DNA from: Candidatus Lustribacter sp.
GTDB lineage: Bacteria > Vulcanimicrobiota > Vulcanimicrobiia > Vulcanimicrobiales > Vulcanimicrobiaceae
DNA length: 64,000 nucleotides
Assembly: GCA_965277805.1 (NCBI GenBank)
Contig: OZ255842.1
Location: 736,001-800,000, forward strand
Direction: 5' to 3'
Under the pieces are notes generated by a model that was not told the DNA's origin, made no database searches, and worked only from the letters and a program-made list of their open reading frames with translations. Position numbers and translations under genes: made by a program. This document shows positions 18,962-28,864 of the stretch, in pieces (the first letter of the stretch is position 1; every line of letters begins with the position of its first letter).

Positions 18962-20116
18962 TTGAAGGCTTTCTTGCTCGCCCTTTCGATTGCGCTCGGT
19001 GCACCGCTTGCCGCAACGGCGGAGCCGCCGGTGATCGTACCGGTGATTCTGCCGGTCACCGGCGGCAACGCGTTTGCGGGCAGCGGTCAACGCACCGCAT
19101 TAGCGTTGCTTGGGGAACTCGTCAACCGCGGCGGCGGGATTCGCGGCCGCAGTATCGTGTTCGACGTACACGACTCCGGTTCGAATTCGCAGGTCGCGGT
19201 GCAACTGCTGCACCAGTTCGTCGGCCCCGACACGCCGGTCTTCATCGGCGATTCGTCGCTGGCGACCTGCGCTGCCATTGCAGCTCAGGTGCAGGACGCG
19301 GGACCGGTCGATTTCTGCCTTTCGCCCGGGCTCGTGACGAAGCCGAACGGATTCTCGTTCGCGCCCGGTCATCCGTCGACGCAGATCGCGGCCGGCGTGC
19401 TCGGCTATCTGCGCGCCAAACACGTGAAGCGCGTGGCGCTGATCGTGGCCACCGACGCCACCGGCATTTCGATGGACGGCTACTTCGTCGACGTGTTCGC
19501 GAAGCCGCAGAACCGCGATCTCACGCTCGTCACGCGCGAACACTTCAATCCGGCCGATCTCAGCGTGGACGCGCAGATTACGCGGATCAAAGCCGCCGGC
19601 GCGCAAGCGATCATCGCTTACACGAGCGGCGCGACATTCGGAACCGTGCTGCACGGTCTGAACGACGTCGGCCTCACCGTTCCGGTCATCACGAGCCAAG
19701 GGAACTTGTCGTACGCTTTCCTCGAGCAGTACAAAGCGGTGCTGCCGCGGGAACTGCTCTTCGTATCCGGGCCGTTGCCCTCGGCCGGTGAGGCGGTTCC
19801 GGACGGCCCCTTCAAATCGGCGCAGCTCGCATATCTCGCTGCCTTCAGCAACACGAAGATCAAACCGGATTTCTCCCAAGCGGTCGCGTGGGATGCGGGA
19901 ACGATCATCGTGGCCGCGCTGCGCAAGCTCGGCCCGCAGGCGACCGCCGAGCAGGTGCGCAGTTACGTGACGGGTCTGCATGACTTTCCCGGCGTGCAGG
20001 GGATGTATGATTTTCGCAACGGAGATGGCCATGGTGCTCCCGATTTGAGCATGCTGCAATGGGACCCGGGCAAGAACGCCTGGTTTATCGCGTCGGGCGT
20101 CGGAGCACGTAAATGA
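18962..20116 (+). CDS. ABC substrate-binding protein, LivK/branched-chain family (solitary)
   Basis: Signal peptide, LPVTG, VNRGGGIRGR, FPGVQGMYDF. Confidence 0.82.
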   Translation: MKAFLLALSIALGAPLAATAEPPVIVPVILPVTGGNAFAGSGQRTALALLGELVNRGGGIRGRSIVFDVHDSGSNSQVAVQLLHQFVGPDTPVFIGDSSLATCAAIAAQVQDAGPVDFCLSPGLVTKPNGFSFAPGHPSTQIAAGVLGYLRAKHVKRVALIVATDATGISMDGYFVDVFAKPQNRDLTLVTREHFNPADLSVDAQITRIKAAGAQAIIAYTSGATFGTVLHGLNDVGLTVPVITSQGNLSYAFLEQYKAVLPRELLFVSGPLPSAGEAVPDGPFKSAQLAYLAAFSNTKIKPDFSQAVAWDAGTIIVAALRKLGPQATAEQVRSYVTGLHDFPGVQGMYDFRNGDGHGAPDLSMLQWDPGKNAWFIASGVGARK

Positions 20117-20144
20117 CGAACGGCGCGGAGGAAGACTGCCGCTG

Positions 20145-21389
20145 ATGTTGAGCCGCGAAGAGAACGAACTGCTGTGCCGGGTCGGCCCGGAAACGCCGAT
20201 GGGCCGCATGATGCGGCGCTACTGGCTGCCGATCGCGATGAGCACCGAGCTCGCGATAGGCGCGCCCAAGCGGGTGCTCCTGTTGGGTGAGAACTACGTT
20301 GCGTACCGCGGTGGAGACGGAACGGTCGGATTTCTCGATGAGCTGTGTCCGCATCGCGGCGCTTCGCTCGTGCTCGCGCGCACCGAAGGCTGCGCGCTGC
20401 GCTGCATCTACCATGGCTGGCTCGTGCACCGCGACGGTGCGGTGCTCGAGATGCCGGCCGAACCGGAAGGCACCGCGTTCACCGCCAAGGTGCGCCAGCC
20501 GTCGTACGCAGTGCACGAGCATGCCGGGCTCGTGTGGGCCTACGTCGGGCCGCCCGAAGCGCGTCCGCCGGTCCCGGATTTCGCGTTCGGCCGCGTTCCC
20601 GCGAGCCATCGCGTCGAAGCGAAGCATCGCGTCGACTGCAACTGGACGCAAGCGGTCGAGGGCGCGATCGACAGCGCCCACTCCAGCTACCTGCACTCCG
20701 ATGACATCGTCGGCAACAGCAGCGTCGCGCACTCGAACACCGAGGGACGGCAAACGGAGCGGCCCTCGCGCGACGGTCGTCCGCGCATCCAGACGGAAGA
20801 TACGCCGTACGGCTTCTACTATGCGGCGCTCCGCAAGCCGATCGTCGATCCCGAACTCAACACCTATGCGCGCATCACGCACTTCATCGCGCCGTTCACG
20901 GCCGTCATTCCGCTGGGCCAGCTGCAGAACGTGCAGATGTTCTGTCCGATCGATGACGAGCACACCTATCACTACAACGTGAAGTTCGGCCCCGCGCCGC
21001 TCACACCGGAGCAGCGGCGCCGGCTGGAGCCGCAGGACCAAACCGACGGCGACTTCGGCACCGCCCGCCGGCGCGAGAACAACTGGCTTCAAGACCGCGA
21101 AGCGATGAAGACCAAGAACTACACCGGCATCGACGTCGTACGCAATCAGGACACGGCCGTGCAAGAGAGCATGGGCCCGATCTTCGACCGCAGCAAGGAG
21201 CACCTCGGGGTCAGCGACACCGCGATCATCCGCATGCGCCGGCGGATGCTCGATTCGGTGCGCGGCTTCGCCGCCGGGTCAGAGCCGCTCGGGCTAAGCG
21301 CGAATTACGCCGACGTGCTCGGCGTCGAGGGCATTCTGCCGCTCACGGCGCCGTGGCAGCAGCTGCTCGCTCAGCCGACGACCGCGTAG
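20145..21389 (+). CDS. Rieske oxygenase alpha subunit (phthalate 4,5-dioxygenase/LigXa-like)
   Basis: CPHRGASL...CIYHGW; EGAIDSAHSSYLH; QDTAVQES; EHLGVSD. Confidence 0.9.
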   Translation: MLSREENELLCRVGPETPMGRMMRRYWLPIAMSTELAIGAPKRVLLLGENYVAYRGGDGTVGFLDELCPHRGASLVLARTEGCALRCIYHGWLVHRDGAVLEMPAEPEGTAFTAKVRQPSYAVHEHAGLVWAYVGPPEARPPVPDFAFGRVPASHRVEAKHRVDCNWTQAVEGAIDSAHSSYLHSDDIVGNSSVAHSNTEGRQTERPSRDGRPRIQTEDTPYGFYYAALRKPIVDPELNTYARITHFIAPFTAVIPLGQLQNVQMFCPIDDEHTYHYNVKFGPAPLTPEQRRRLEPQDQTDGDFGTARRRENNWLQDREAMKTKNYTGIDVVRNQDTAVQESMGPIFDRSKEHLGVSDTAIIRMRRRMLDSVRGFAAGSEPLGLSANYADVLGVEGILPLTAPWQQLLAQPTTA

Positions 21390-21760
21390 GCTTCGAGCTG
21401 GATCACCACGTTCCGGCGGAAGTGATCGTACTCGGTCACGTGCCGCGCCGGACGCGAGTGCTCGTCGGGAAAATACGCGACCCACTGCTTGTTGATCTCA
21501 TCGCGCAGTCCCAGCGATTTCACGGCGATGCTGATCTTCACGACGTCGTCCATCGATGCGCCCGCCGCTTTCATGATGCGCTCAAGGTTTTTGAATGCGT
21601 TCGCGACTTGCGCGGCTTCGTCGTCGGGTGCCTTGCCGGTTTCGAGATCGCCCCCGCCGACGCCGCCGGTCATCACGACGTTGCCGACGCGCGATGCGAG
21701 CGGAATGGGATTGTCTCCATGGCGGAGTCCGTCGATCTCGATGCTCTTGCGATTGCTCAT
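21371..21760 (-). CDS. RidA/YjgF family protein
   Basis: AAGASMDDVVK, YFPDEHSRPAR, IQLEAYA. Confidence 0.85.
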   Translation of the reverse strand: MSNRKSIEIDGLRHGDNPIPLASRVGNVVMTGGVGGGDLETGKAPDDEAAQVANAFKNLERIMKAAGASMDDVVKISIAVKSLGLRDEINKQWVAYFPDEHSRPARHVTEYDHFRRNVVIQLEAYAVVG

Positions 21761-21785
21761 GCGGCGCGGTTCGCGAGCGTGCGCA

Positions 21786-22751
21786 TCATTTCCGGCGCGT
21801 CAGCGGCATGCTCGGTGCGAGGACCCCGCTCAGGTCGATGTGCTGCGTGATGATGCCCCACTTGTAGGCAAAATCCAACGGCGCTTGCAGTTCCGCGAGC
21901 GTGACCGTTTCGGCGGTGGTCGAGCGGAAGCCGTCGGCGAGCGCAACCGGATCCTGGCCCGAAAAGGCCGCCACCAAGCCGAGCGTTTCGTCTTGGTGCG
22001 CGTTCGTGTAGTGCGCGGCCTCGGTAAGACCGGCGACGAAGCCGTTGACGATATCGGGATTCTTTGCGATGTAATCGACCGTTGCGACCCAGCAGGACAC
22101 GAGATAGAGCGGTGCGATCGCATCGTAGGGTGCGCCGAGCACGCGGAACTTCCCCGATTTCTGCGCGAGACCCAAGTACGGCGGCTTGAGCGTTGCCATG
22201 TCGATGCGGCCCGCGTCGAGCGCCTCGAGCGCTTCGATGGGTTTCACCTCGACCGTGCGCAGCGATTTCCCGTCGCCACCGCGCTGGTCGAGCCAGGCGC
22301 GGGTTGCCGCGATGCCGATATCGTTGACGGCGTCGCCGCCGATGATCTTGCCGTTGAGATCGCGCGGCGCTCGAATGGGCGCGTCCTTGCGCACGAGCAG
22401 GAACGCATCCGGCCTCGCACTCGTGTATACCGACGCCGGCGCGATGATGCGCAGCGGCAGACCGCGAGCGTAGGCTTGATAGACCGGCCACAAGCTGCCC
22501 GAACCGATATCCGCCGAGCCGCCGACGATGGCGGCATAAATCGCGGCGCCGCTCCCCATCGCGACGATGTTCGCGTCGATCCCGCGCTTGCGGAAGAGCC
22601 CGGCTTTCTGCGCGTAGAGCACCGACTTCGCGCCGTCGGTCGGCAGCTCGAGCACGCGCACCGCGTGCAGTTCTTGCGCGCCGGCCGGTGTGGTTGCTTG
22701 ACCGAGCGCCGCGACCGTCGCCAGCTTGATGAAATCACCGCGCTGCAGCAA
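21786..22751 (-). CDS. ABC substrate-binding protein, NMT1/SsuA-like (solitary)
   Basis: QRGDFIK signal, GLFRKRG, DLNGKIIG, LDAGRID. Confidence 0.85.
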   Translation of the reverse strand: MLQRGDFIKLATVAALGQATTPAGAQELHAVRVLELPTDGAKSVLYAQKAGLFRKRGIDANIVAMGSGAAIYAAIVGGSADIGSGSLWPVYQAYARGLPLRIIAPASVYTSARPDAFLLVRKDAPIRAPRDLNGKIIGGDAVNDIGIAATRAWLDQRGGDGKSLRTVEVKPIEALEALDAGRIDMATLKPPYLGLAQKSGKFRVLGAPYDAIAPLYLVSCWVATVDYIAKNPDIVNGFVAGLTEAAHYTNAHQDETLGLVAAFSGQDPVALADGFRSTTAETVTLAELQAPLDFAYKWGIITQHIDLSGVLAPSMPLTRRK

Positions 22752-22855
22752 GCAAATGGCCCCCCTGAATGCCGCGTCGGGTGTTCTGCGGTCGATTCGC
22801 GGTCCCTCGCGCGGGCCACACAGGGACGCGGACCGGTGCGGGAAAGTAGCGGGTT

Positions 22856-23749
22856 ATGGACGTTCGCGAAACGGAACTGCTGAAAGACCGCGTCGTTGTG
22901 ATCACCGGCGGCGCTCGCGGCATGGGTCGCGCTTACACGCACGCGTTTCTGAAGGCCGGTGCGAGGGTCGTCTCGACCGATCGCTCGTGGAACGGCGTCG
23001 AACCGCTCGACGATGCGCTGACCAACGGCGGCCGCAGCGCGCTGGCGGCCGATATGGACGTTACGAACGAAGAGCAGCTCGATGCCGTCTACGCGCAGAC
23101 GATCGAGCGCTTCGGCACGGTCGACGTGCTGATCAACAACGCCGGCCTGCGCCAGCGCGATCTCTTTCCGCCGAGCGGCCGCGTCACGACGCTCCAGACG
23201 AAAGATTCCGACTGGGAGAAGTCGTTTGCGGTCAACGTGTTCGGCGCGCTCAAAGTAACGCGCCGCTTCATCCGCCCAATGATCGAACAGCGTCGCGGCA
23301 GCATCATCAACATCGTCAGCAGCGGTATCCTGCACCACTCGCACGGCGGCGCGTATATGGCGCTGCGTCCGAACAGCCAAGAGATGCCGTATCAGTCGGG
23401 CAAGGCCGCGCTCGCCACGATGAGCTTCTACCTGGCCGATGAGGTCAAGCAGCACAACGTCGCGGTGAACATCCTCATTCCGGGCCACACGCGAACGACG
23501 GGCTTCGACGAGCAAAACATCGCGCGCATGAAAAACGGCGCGACGCAGACCGGACCCAAGCCGCTCGTCCCCGAACACATGGTACCGATTGCGCTGCATC
23601 TCGCGGCCCAGCCGAACGGCCTGGTTACCGGCAAGATGTTCGACGTTCAGACCTGGAACATCGAGCACGGTCTCGGTGACCAGGAGCACTGGCGCGATAC
23701 GTCGTTCTCCTACGAAGCGTTGCGCGCCAGCATTGCGGTCGCGCCATGA
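22856..23749 (+). CDS. SDR family oxidoreductase
   Basis: TGGARGMG, LINNAG, YQSGK, PGHTRT. Confidence 0.88.
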   Translation: MDVRETELLKDRVVVITGGARGMGRAYTHAFLKAGARVVSTDRSWNGVEPLDDALTNGGRSALAADMDVTNEEQLDAVYAQTIERFGTVDVLINNAGLRQRDLFPPSGRVTTLQTKDSDWEKSFAVNVFGALKVTRRFIRPMIEQRRGSIINIVSSGILHHSHGGAYMALRPNSQEMPYQSGKAALATMSFYLADEVKQHNVAVNILIPGHTRTTGFDEQNIARMKNGATQTGPKPLVPEHMVPIALHLAAQPNGLVTGKMFDVQTWNIEHGLGDQEHWRDTSFSYEALRASIAVAP

Positions 23750-26004
23750 GCACGCGCGCGACGTTCCTCGCCGGAACAACCGGTTTGGTCGTCGTCGCGA
23801 CCGCCGGCGGCGTGCGCAGTTTGGCCTATGCGGCCGACGCGCCGGCCCCGGCGAAGATGACCTCGCTCGGCGCGTGGCTGCGCATGCTGCCCGACGGCAC
23901 GGTCGAGATGTGCACGGATAAAGTCGAGATCGGCATGGGCACGCCGACCGGGCTCGCCCAGTTCGTTGCCGACGAACTCGACGTTCCGTTCGATAAGGTG
24001 CTGCCGATCGTCGGCAGTACCGACCGGACCGTGTTCGCCGGCGGCGTCGGCGGCAGCAATTCCACCGCGCGCGGCAACTCGGCGATCCGTAAGGTGGCGG
24101 CCCAGATGCGCAGCATCTTGCTGGCCGCCGCGGCGCAGCAACTCGGCGTTCCGGCGACCCAGCTCAGCGTCAACAACGGCGTGATCCACGTCGCCGGCGA
24201 GCCGGGCAAAACCCTGCGCTATACCGACGTTCTGAGCGCGCTCTCGCCCGATCCGCAATTGCCGATCAGCGGCGTGCTTTACGACATCGACGTCACCGTT
24301 ACCGCGCAACCCAAAGCGTTTAGCCAGTATCGCGTGGCGGGCTCGCCGCTGCCGCGCAAGGACGTCCCGGCCAAAGCGTTCGGACATTATCCCTACGTCG
24401 TCAATGTACGGCCGCCCGGTATGCTGCACGGCCGATTCGCCTATCCGCCGACGATCGGCGCGACGCTCTTGACCGCCGATGAGGCGTCGATCGCGGGCAT
24501 CGGTGACGCGCGCCTCATCCGGGCAGGTGGTTTTGCCGGCGTGGTGGCGACGCGGGAATGGGACGCCATTCGCGCCATTCGCGCACTCAAAACGACCTGG
24601 ACGCCGTCCGTCGTGACATTGCCGGCGCAAGAGCAACTCGCGGACTACATGTGGGCCCAGACGCCGTTCAAGCAAGACGTGCTGAAAAGCGGCGACGTTG
24701 AAACGGCAATCGGAGCGGCGCCGGTCGAAGCGAAGTATTTCTGGCCGTTTCAATCGCACGCCAACATGGGCCCCGGCTGCCACGTCGTCGATGTGCGGCC
24801 GGATTCCGTGACGGTGTGGTCGGGAACGCAAAAGACGTTTGCCTTGCGCCAAGGCATTGCCAACGTGCTCGCGCGTCCGCTCGAGCAAGTACGCGTCGAG
24901 TGGATCGCCGATGCAGGTTCCTACGGCCGGGCCGGTTTGGAAGAATCGGCCGCCGCCGCAGCATTGCTTTCGCGCGCCGTCGGACATCCGGTGCGCGTGC
25001 AATCGATGCGTGCCGACAACACGCAGTGGGCGACGAAGGCGCCCGCGATCGTCTCCCGCATGCGCGCGAACGTTCAGGACGGAACGATCGTTGCGCTCGA
25101 CGGGGTGCTGAGACAATTCAACGGCGCGGAGATCTTCTCGCAGCCGAGCGCTGCCGGATCGTTCCTCGCGGGGCAAATGGCCGGTTTTACCAATACCGTC
25201 CAATACGAGTTCGGCCAATACGGCAACAACACCGCGAAGTACGAAATTCCCAACCTGCGCTCGACGGCCGAGCTGCTGGCGCCGTTCGCGCCGTCGCTCT
25301 CACCGCTCCGCACGGCGCACATGCGCGATCCCGAAGGCCCGGGCATCACCTTCATCTTCGAATCGTTCATGGACGAATTGGCCGCGCACGCCGGAGCCGA
25401 CGCCATCGCGTTCCGGCTCAAGCATCTCAAAGATCCCCGTCATATCGAAGTACTGCAGCACGTTGCGAAGGCGGCCGGCTGGCAAACGCGTCCGTCGGCA
25501 TCGGTGAAGCAGCTGGGTGCAAACGGCGAACTGATCGGGCGCGGCGTCGCCTTCGCCACGCTGCGTGAAACGATCGTTGCAACGGTCGCCGAAGTCATCG
25601 TCAACCCGAAAACCGGTGCGCTCCGCGTGCGGCGCTTGATCTGCGCGCACGATTGCGGCTTCATCGTCAACCCGAGGTCGCTGCAGGGCACGATCGAGGC
25701 CAACCTCCTCCAGTCGCTCAGCCGCTCGATCTACGAACAGGTAACGTTCGACGATCGGAACGTGACCTCGGTCGATTGGCGAACGTATCCGGTCGTGTAC
25801 ATGCGCGACGTTCCCGACGAGGTCAAGGTCGTGCTCATCAACCAGCCGTCGATCGCGCCGACCGGGGGCGGCGAACCCTCATCACGGCCGACCGCCGCCG
25901 CGATCGCCAACGCCATCTTCGACGCCACCGGCGTGCGCGTACGCACCGCGCCGCTCACCACGAAAAACATCCTCGCCGCGCTGCAAGCGAAGGGCACGGC
26001 CTGA
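23746..26004 (+). CDS. Xanthine dehydrogenase family molybdopterin-binding subunit (IorB/NicB-like)
   Basis: KVEIGMG, GGSNS, PGMLHG, GSYG, HDCGFIVNP, GGGEP; Tat-like N-terminus TRATFL; ATGA-coupled to the SDR. Confidence 0.88.
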   Translation: MSTRATFLAGTTGLVVVATAGGVRSLAYAADAPAPAKMTSLGAWLRMLPDGTVEMCTDKVEIGMGTPTGLAQFVADELDVPFDKVLPIVGSTDRTVFAGGVGGSNSTARGNSAIRKVAAQMRSILLAAAAQQLGVPATQLSVNNGVIHVAGEPGKTLRYTDVLSALSPDPQLPISGVLYDIDVTVTAQPKAFSQYRVAGSPLPRKDVPAKAFGHYPYVVNVRPPGMLHGRFAYPPTIGATLLTADEASIAGIGDARLIRAGGFAGVVATREWDAIRAIRALKTTWTPSVVTLPAQEQLADYMWAQTPFKQDVLKSGDVETAIGAAPVEAKYFWPFQSHANMGPGCHVVDVRPDSVTVWSGTQKTFALRQGIANVLARPLEQVRVEWIADAGSYGRAGLEESAAAAALLSRAVGHPVRVQSMRADNTQWATKAPAIVSRMRANVQDGTIVALDGVLRQFNGAEIFSQPSAAGSFLAGQMAGFTNTVQYEFGQYGNNTAKYEIPNLRSTAELLAPFAPSLSPLRTAHMRDPEGPGITFIFESFMDELAAHAGADAIAFRLKHLKDPRHIEVLQHVAKAAGWQTRPSASVKQLGANGELIGRGVAFATLRETIVATVAEVIVNPKTGALRVRRLICAHDCGFIVNPRSLQGTIEANLLQSLSRSIYEQVTFDDRNVTSVDWRTYPVVYMRDVPDEVKVVLINQPSIAPTGGGEPSSRPTAAAIANAIFDATGVRVRTAPLTTKNILAALQAKGTA

Positions 26005-26066
26005 CCGCGTAACGGCGTCACGCGTGGCCCAAGGCATCGGCGCACGTGGCCGCGCAATTTGGCCCG

Positions 26067-27326
26067 ATGTCGAGCGCGCCCGCCACACTTCCCCACGTGC
26101 ACCTCGACGTCGGCGATACGAAGTTCATCCGCGACCCGTATCCGCGTCTCGCCGAGCTGCGCGAGACGACGCCGATCTTCTACGAACCGCGGCTGGACAA
26201 GATTTTCGTCACGCGGTACGAGGACGTATCGACCGCGCTGCGCGCGCGGAACTTCGGAACGTCGATCCTGCACGTGCTCTCACGCGACGAACTCGGTTGG
26301 CCGCCGCCGGATCCACGGCAGGCCGACTTCGACCGCTTCGAAACGAACCATCTACTGTCGAACGAGCCGCCGAAGCACACGCGCTTGCGAGGTTTGGTCG
26401 GTAAGGCCTTCACACCGCGGCGGGTTGAGGGTTTGCGCAAGCGCATCGCCGCCGTCGTCGAGAGCACGCTCGACGAGCTGGCCTTGCGCGAGTCCTTTGA
26501 TCTCGTCCACGACTTTGCGGAGCCGCTGCCCGTCATCCTGATCTGCGAACTGCTCGGCGTCGGCGCGGAGCATCGTGCGAACCTGCGCGCATGGTCGGCG
26601 GCGATCGTGAAGATGTACGAGATGGGGCACACGGAGGAACAGCAGCGCGCCGCCAACGACGCGGTCGTTGCGTTCAGCGCCCTCGTGCGCGAGGTTGTTG
26701 CCGCGCGGCGGGCGCAGCCGGCCGACGACTTGATCACGGCGCTCGCCGAAGTGGAAGACGGCGGGGAAACGTTGACCGAGGACGAGCTGATCGGGACGTG
26801 CATTCTGCTGCTGAATGCGGGCCACGAAGCGACCGTCAACGGGACGAGCAACGCAATCATCACCCTGATGCGCCATCGCGCGGACTGGGATGCATTCGTC
26901 GGTGCCGCTCGCTCGCCGGCCGCCGATGCGCTCATTAAAACCGCGATTGAAGAACTGCTGCGCTACGATACGCCGCTGCCGTGCTTCGAGCGGTGGGTGC
27001 TCGAGGACACCGTGTTCGCCGGCGTTGCGCTCGAACGCGGCGCGAAACTCGCGCTGCTGTACGCGAGCGCCAACCGCGACCCGCGCAAGTTCGCAGCACC
27101 CGACACCCTCGATCTCACCCGCGATCCGAACCCGCACGTCAGCTTCGGCTTGGGCATTCACTTCTGCCTCGGCGCGCCGCTGGCGCGGCTCGAATTGCAA
27201 ACCGGGCTTTCGGCGCTGGCGCGCCGTTTTCCGAACCTGCACCTCGCCGGCGAGGGCGCGCCGCTCGAGTACGGGGCCGGTTTCGTCATCCGGGGCGTGC
27301 AGCGGCTGCCGGTGCGCGCGCGATGA
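26067..27326 (+). CDS. Cytochrome P450
   Basis: NAGHEAT I-helix, EELLR, SFGLGIHFCLG heme ligand. Confidence 0.93.
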   Translation: MSSAPATLPHVHLDVGDTKFIRDPYPRLAELRETTPIFYEPRLDKIFVTRYEDVSTALRARNFGTSILHVLSRDELGWPPPDPRQADFDRFETNHLLSNEPPKHTRLRGLVGKAFTPRRVEGLRKRIAAVVESTLDELALRESFDLVHDFAEPLPVILICELLGVGAEHRANLRAWSAAIVKMYEMGHTEEQQRAANDAVVAFSALVREVVAARRAQPADDLITALAEVEDGGETLTEDELIGTCILLLNAGHEATVNGTSNAIITLMRHRADWDAFVGAARSPAADALIKTAIEELLRYDTPLPCFERWVLEDTVFAGVALERGAKLALLYASANRDPRKFAAPDTLDLTRDPNPHVSFGLGIHFCLGAPLARLELQTGLSALARRFPNLHLAGEGAPLEYGAGFVIRGVQRLPVRAR

Positions 27327-28864
27327 CACATTTGCTGCGCGCCGCGGCGTTGGCGGTGATGCTCGTGCTCGTGCTTGGCGCGGGCGCCGGAGCCGTTGCG
27401 GCGCCGCGCGCTTCGGCCACCGATCGCACCGCGGCATATTTGGACCGCATCCGGACGCAGCGGCCGTTGTTGATGCACTTTCTCGAGCGCATGCCGAAGG
27501 GCGGCGACCTGCATCATCATCTCACGGGTGCGGTCTACGCGGAGAGCTACATCCGCTATGCGGTGGAAGACGGTGACTGCATCGACGGCGCGAGCTATAC
27601 GATCGTTGCACCGCCGTGCGATCCGGCGGCCGGCCGGTTCCCGGCCACGCGCGCCTTGAGCGACTTCGTCTTTCGCAACCACACGATCGATGCGTTATCG
27701 GTGCGCGATTTTACGCCGAGCCATGACGATTCGGACATCCGGCTGCACTTCTTCGCCGCGTTCGATAAGTTCGATCTCGTCACCAACGGTCACTGGGGTG
27801 AGATGTTTGCCGAGGTCGTGGCGCGCGCGGCGGCACAAAACGAGATCTACCTCGAAACGATGCTCACGCCCGATCAGGGCGAGGTGTTGAAGCTGGCGGA
27901 AACCGTGCCGTGGAGCGACGATCTGCCGGCGCTGCGCGCGCGGTTGCTGTCGGCGGGGATGGCGAAAGCGGTGCGCGACGGCAGCGCCAACCTCGATGCC
28001 GGCGAGCAGAAGATGCGCGCGATCCTGGGCTGCGGCACCGCGCACGCGGATCCCGGCTGCGCCCTGACGCTGCGCTTTCAGTACCAGGTGCTGCGCGCGT
28101 TCCCCAAGACGTCGGTCTTCGCGCAGATGCTGGCGGGGTTCGAAATGGCCCGCGCCGATCCGCGCGTCGTCGCGATCAACCTCGTCGAGTCGCAAGACGA
28201 GTATAACGCGCTCAACGACTTCGGACTCCAGATGCGAATGCTCGACTACTTACACGGCGTCTACCCGGACGTGCACATCTCCCTGCACGCGGGCGAACTG
28301 ACGCCCGGCGAAGTACCGCCCGAAGAGCTGCGCGCATCGCACATCCGGCAGTCGATCGAACGCGGGCACGCCGAGCGTATCGGACACGGGCTGGATATCG
28401 TGTACGAGCGCGACCCGCCCGCCCTGCTCGCGGAGATGCGGCGCCGCCACATCTTGGTGGAAGACTGCCTCTACAGTCACGAGCTGGTGCGCGGGATGCG
28501 CGGCCGCGATAACGTGCTGCCGATCTATCTCGCCGCCGGGGTTCCGGTCGCGCTCGCGACCGACGATGAGGCCGTGACGCGTGCCGATCTCACGACGTCG
28601 TTTCGGCGTGCGGTTGAGGGCTACAACATCGGCTACCGCCGGATCAAAACGATGGTGCGCGACAGCCTCGATCACGCGTTCTTGCCCGGGGCGAGCCTGT
28701 GGCGCGCACCCGAGCAATTCACGATCGTCGCCGCGTGCGCACACGATGCGCCGAGCGACGTGCCGGCATCGGCGAGCTGCCGGCGCTATCTCGACGCGAG
28801 TGAGCGCGCGCGCGTCGAATGGCGGGAAGAGGTCGCCTTCGCACACTTCGAGAGGAACTTCTGA
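27323..28864 (+). CDS. Secreted adenosine deaminase-like protein (paralogue 1)
   Basis: Sec signal; PKGGDLHHH, HAGE, RIGHG, ATDD; ATGA overlap with P450. Confidence 0.85.
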   Translation: MTHLLRAAALAVMLVLVLGAGAGAVAAPRASATDRTAAYLDRIRTQRPLLMHFLERMPKGGDLHHHLTGAVYAESYIRYAVEDGDCIDGASYTIVAPPCDPAAGRFPATRALSDFVFRNHTIDALSVRDFTPSHDDSDIRLHFFAAFDKFDLVTNGHWGEMFAEVVARAAAQNEIYLETMLTPDQGEVLKLAETVPWSDDLPALRARLLSAGMAKAVRDGSANLDAGEQKMRAILGCGTAHADPGCALTLRFQYQVLRAFPKTSVFAQMLAGFEMARADPRVVAINLVESQDEYNALNDFGLQMRMLDYLHGVYPDVHISLHAGELTPGEVPPEELRASHIRQSIERGHAERIGHGLDIVYERDPPALLAEMRRRHILVEDCLYSHELVRGMRGRDNVLPIYLAAGVPVALATDDEAVTRADLTTSFRRAVEGYNIGYRRIKTMVRDSLDHAFLPGASLWRAPEQFTIVAACAHDAPSDVPASASCRRYLDASERARVEWREEVAFAHFERNF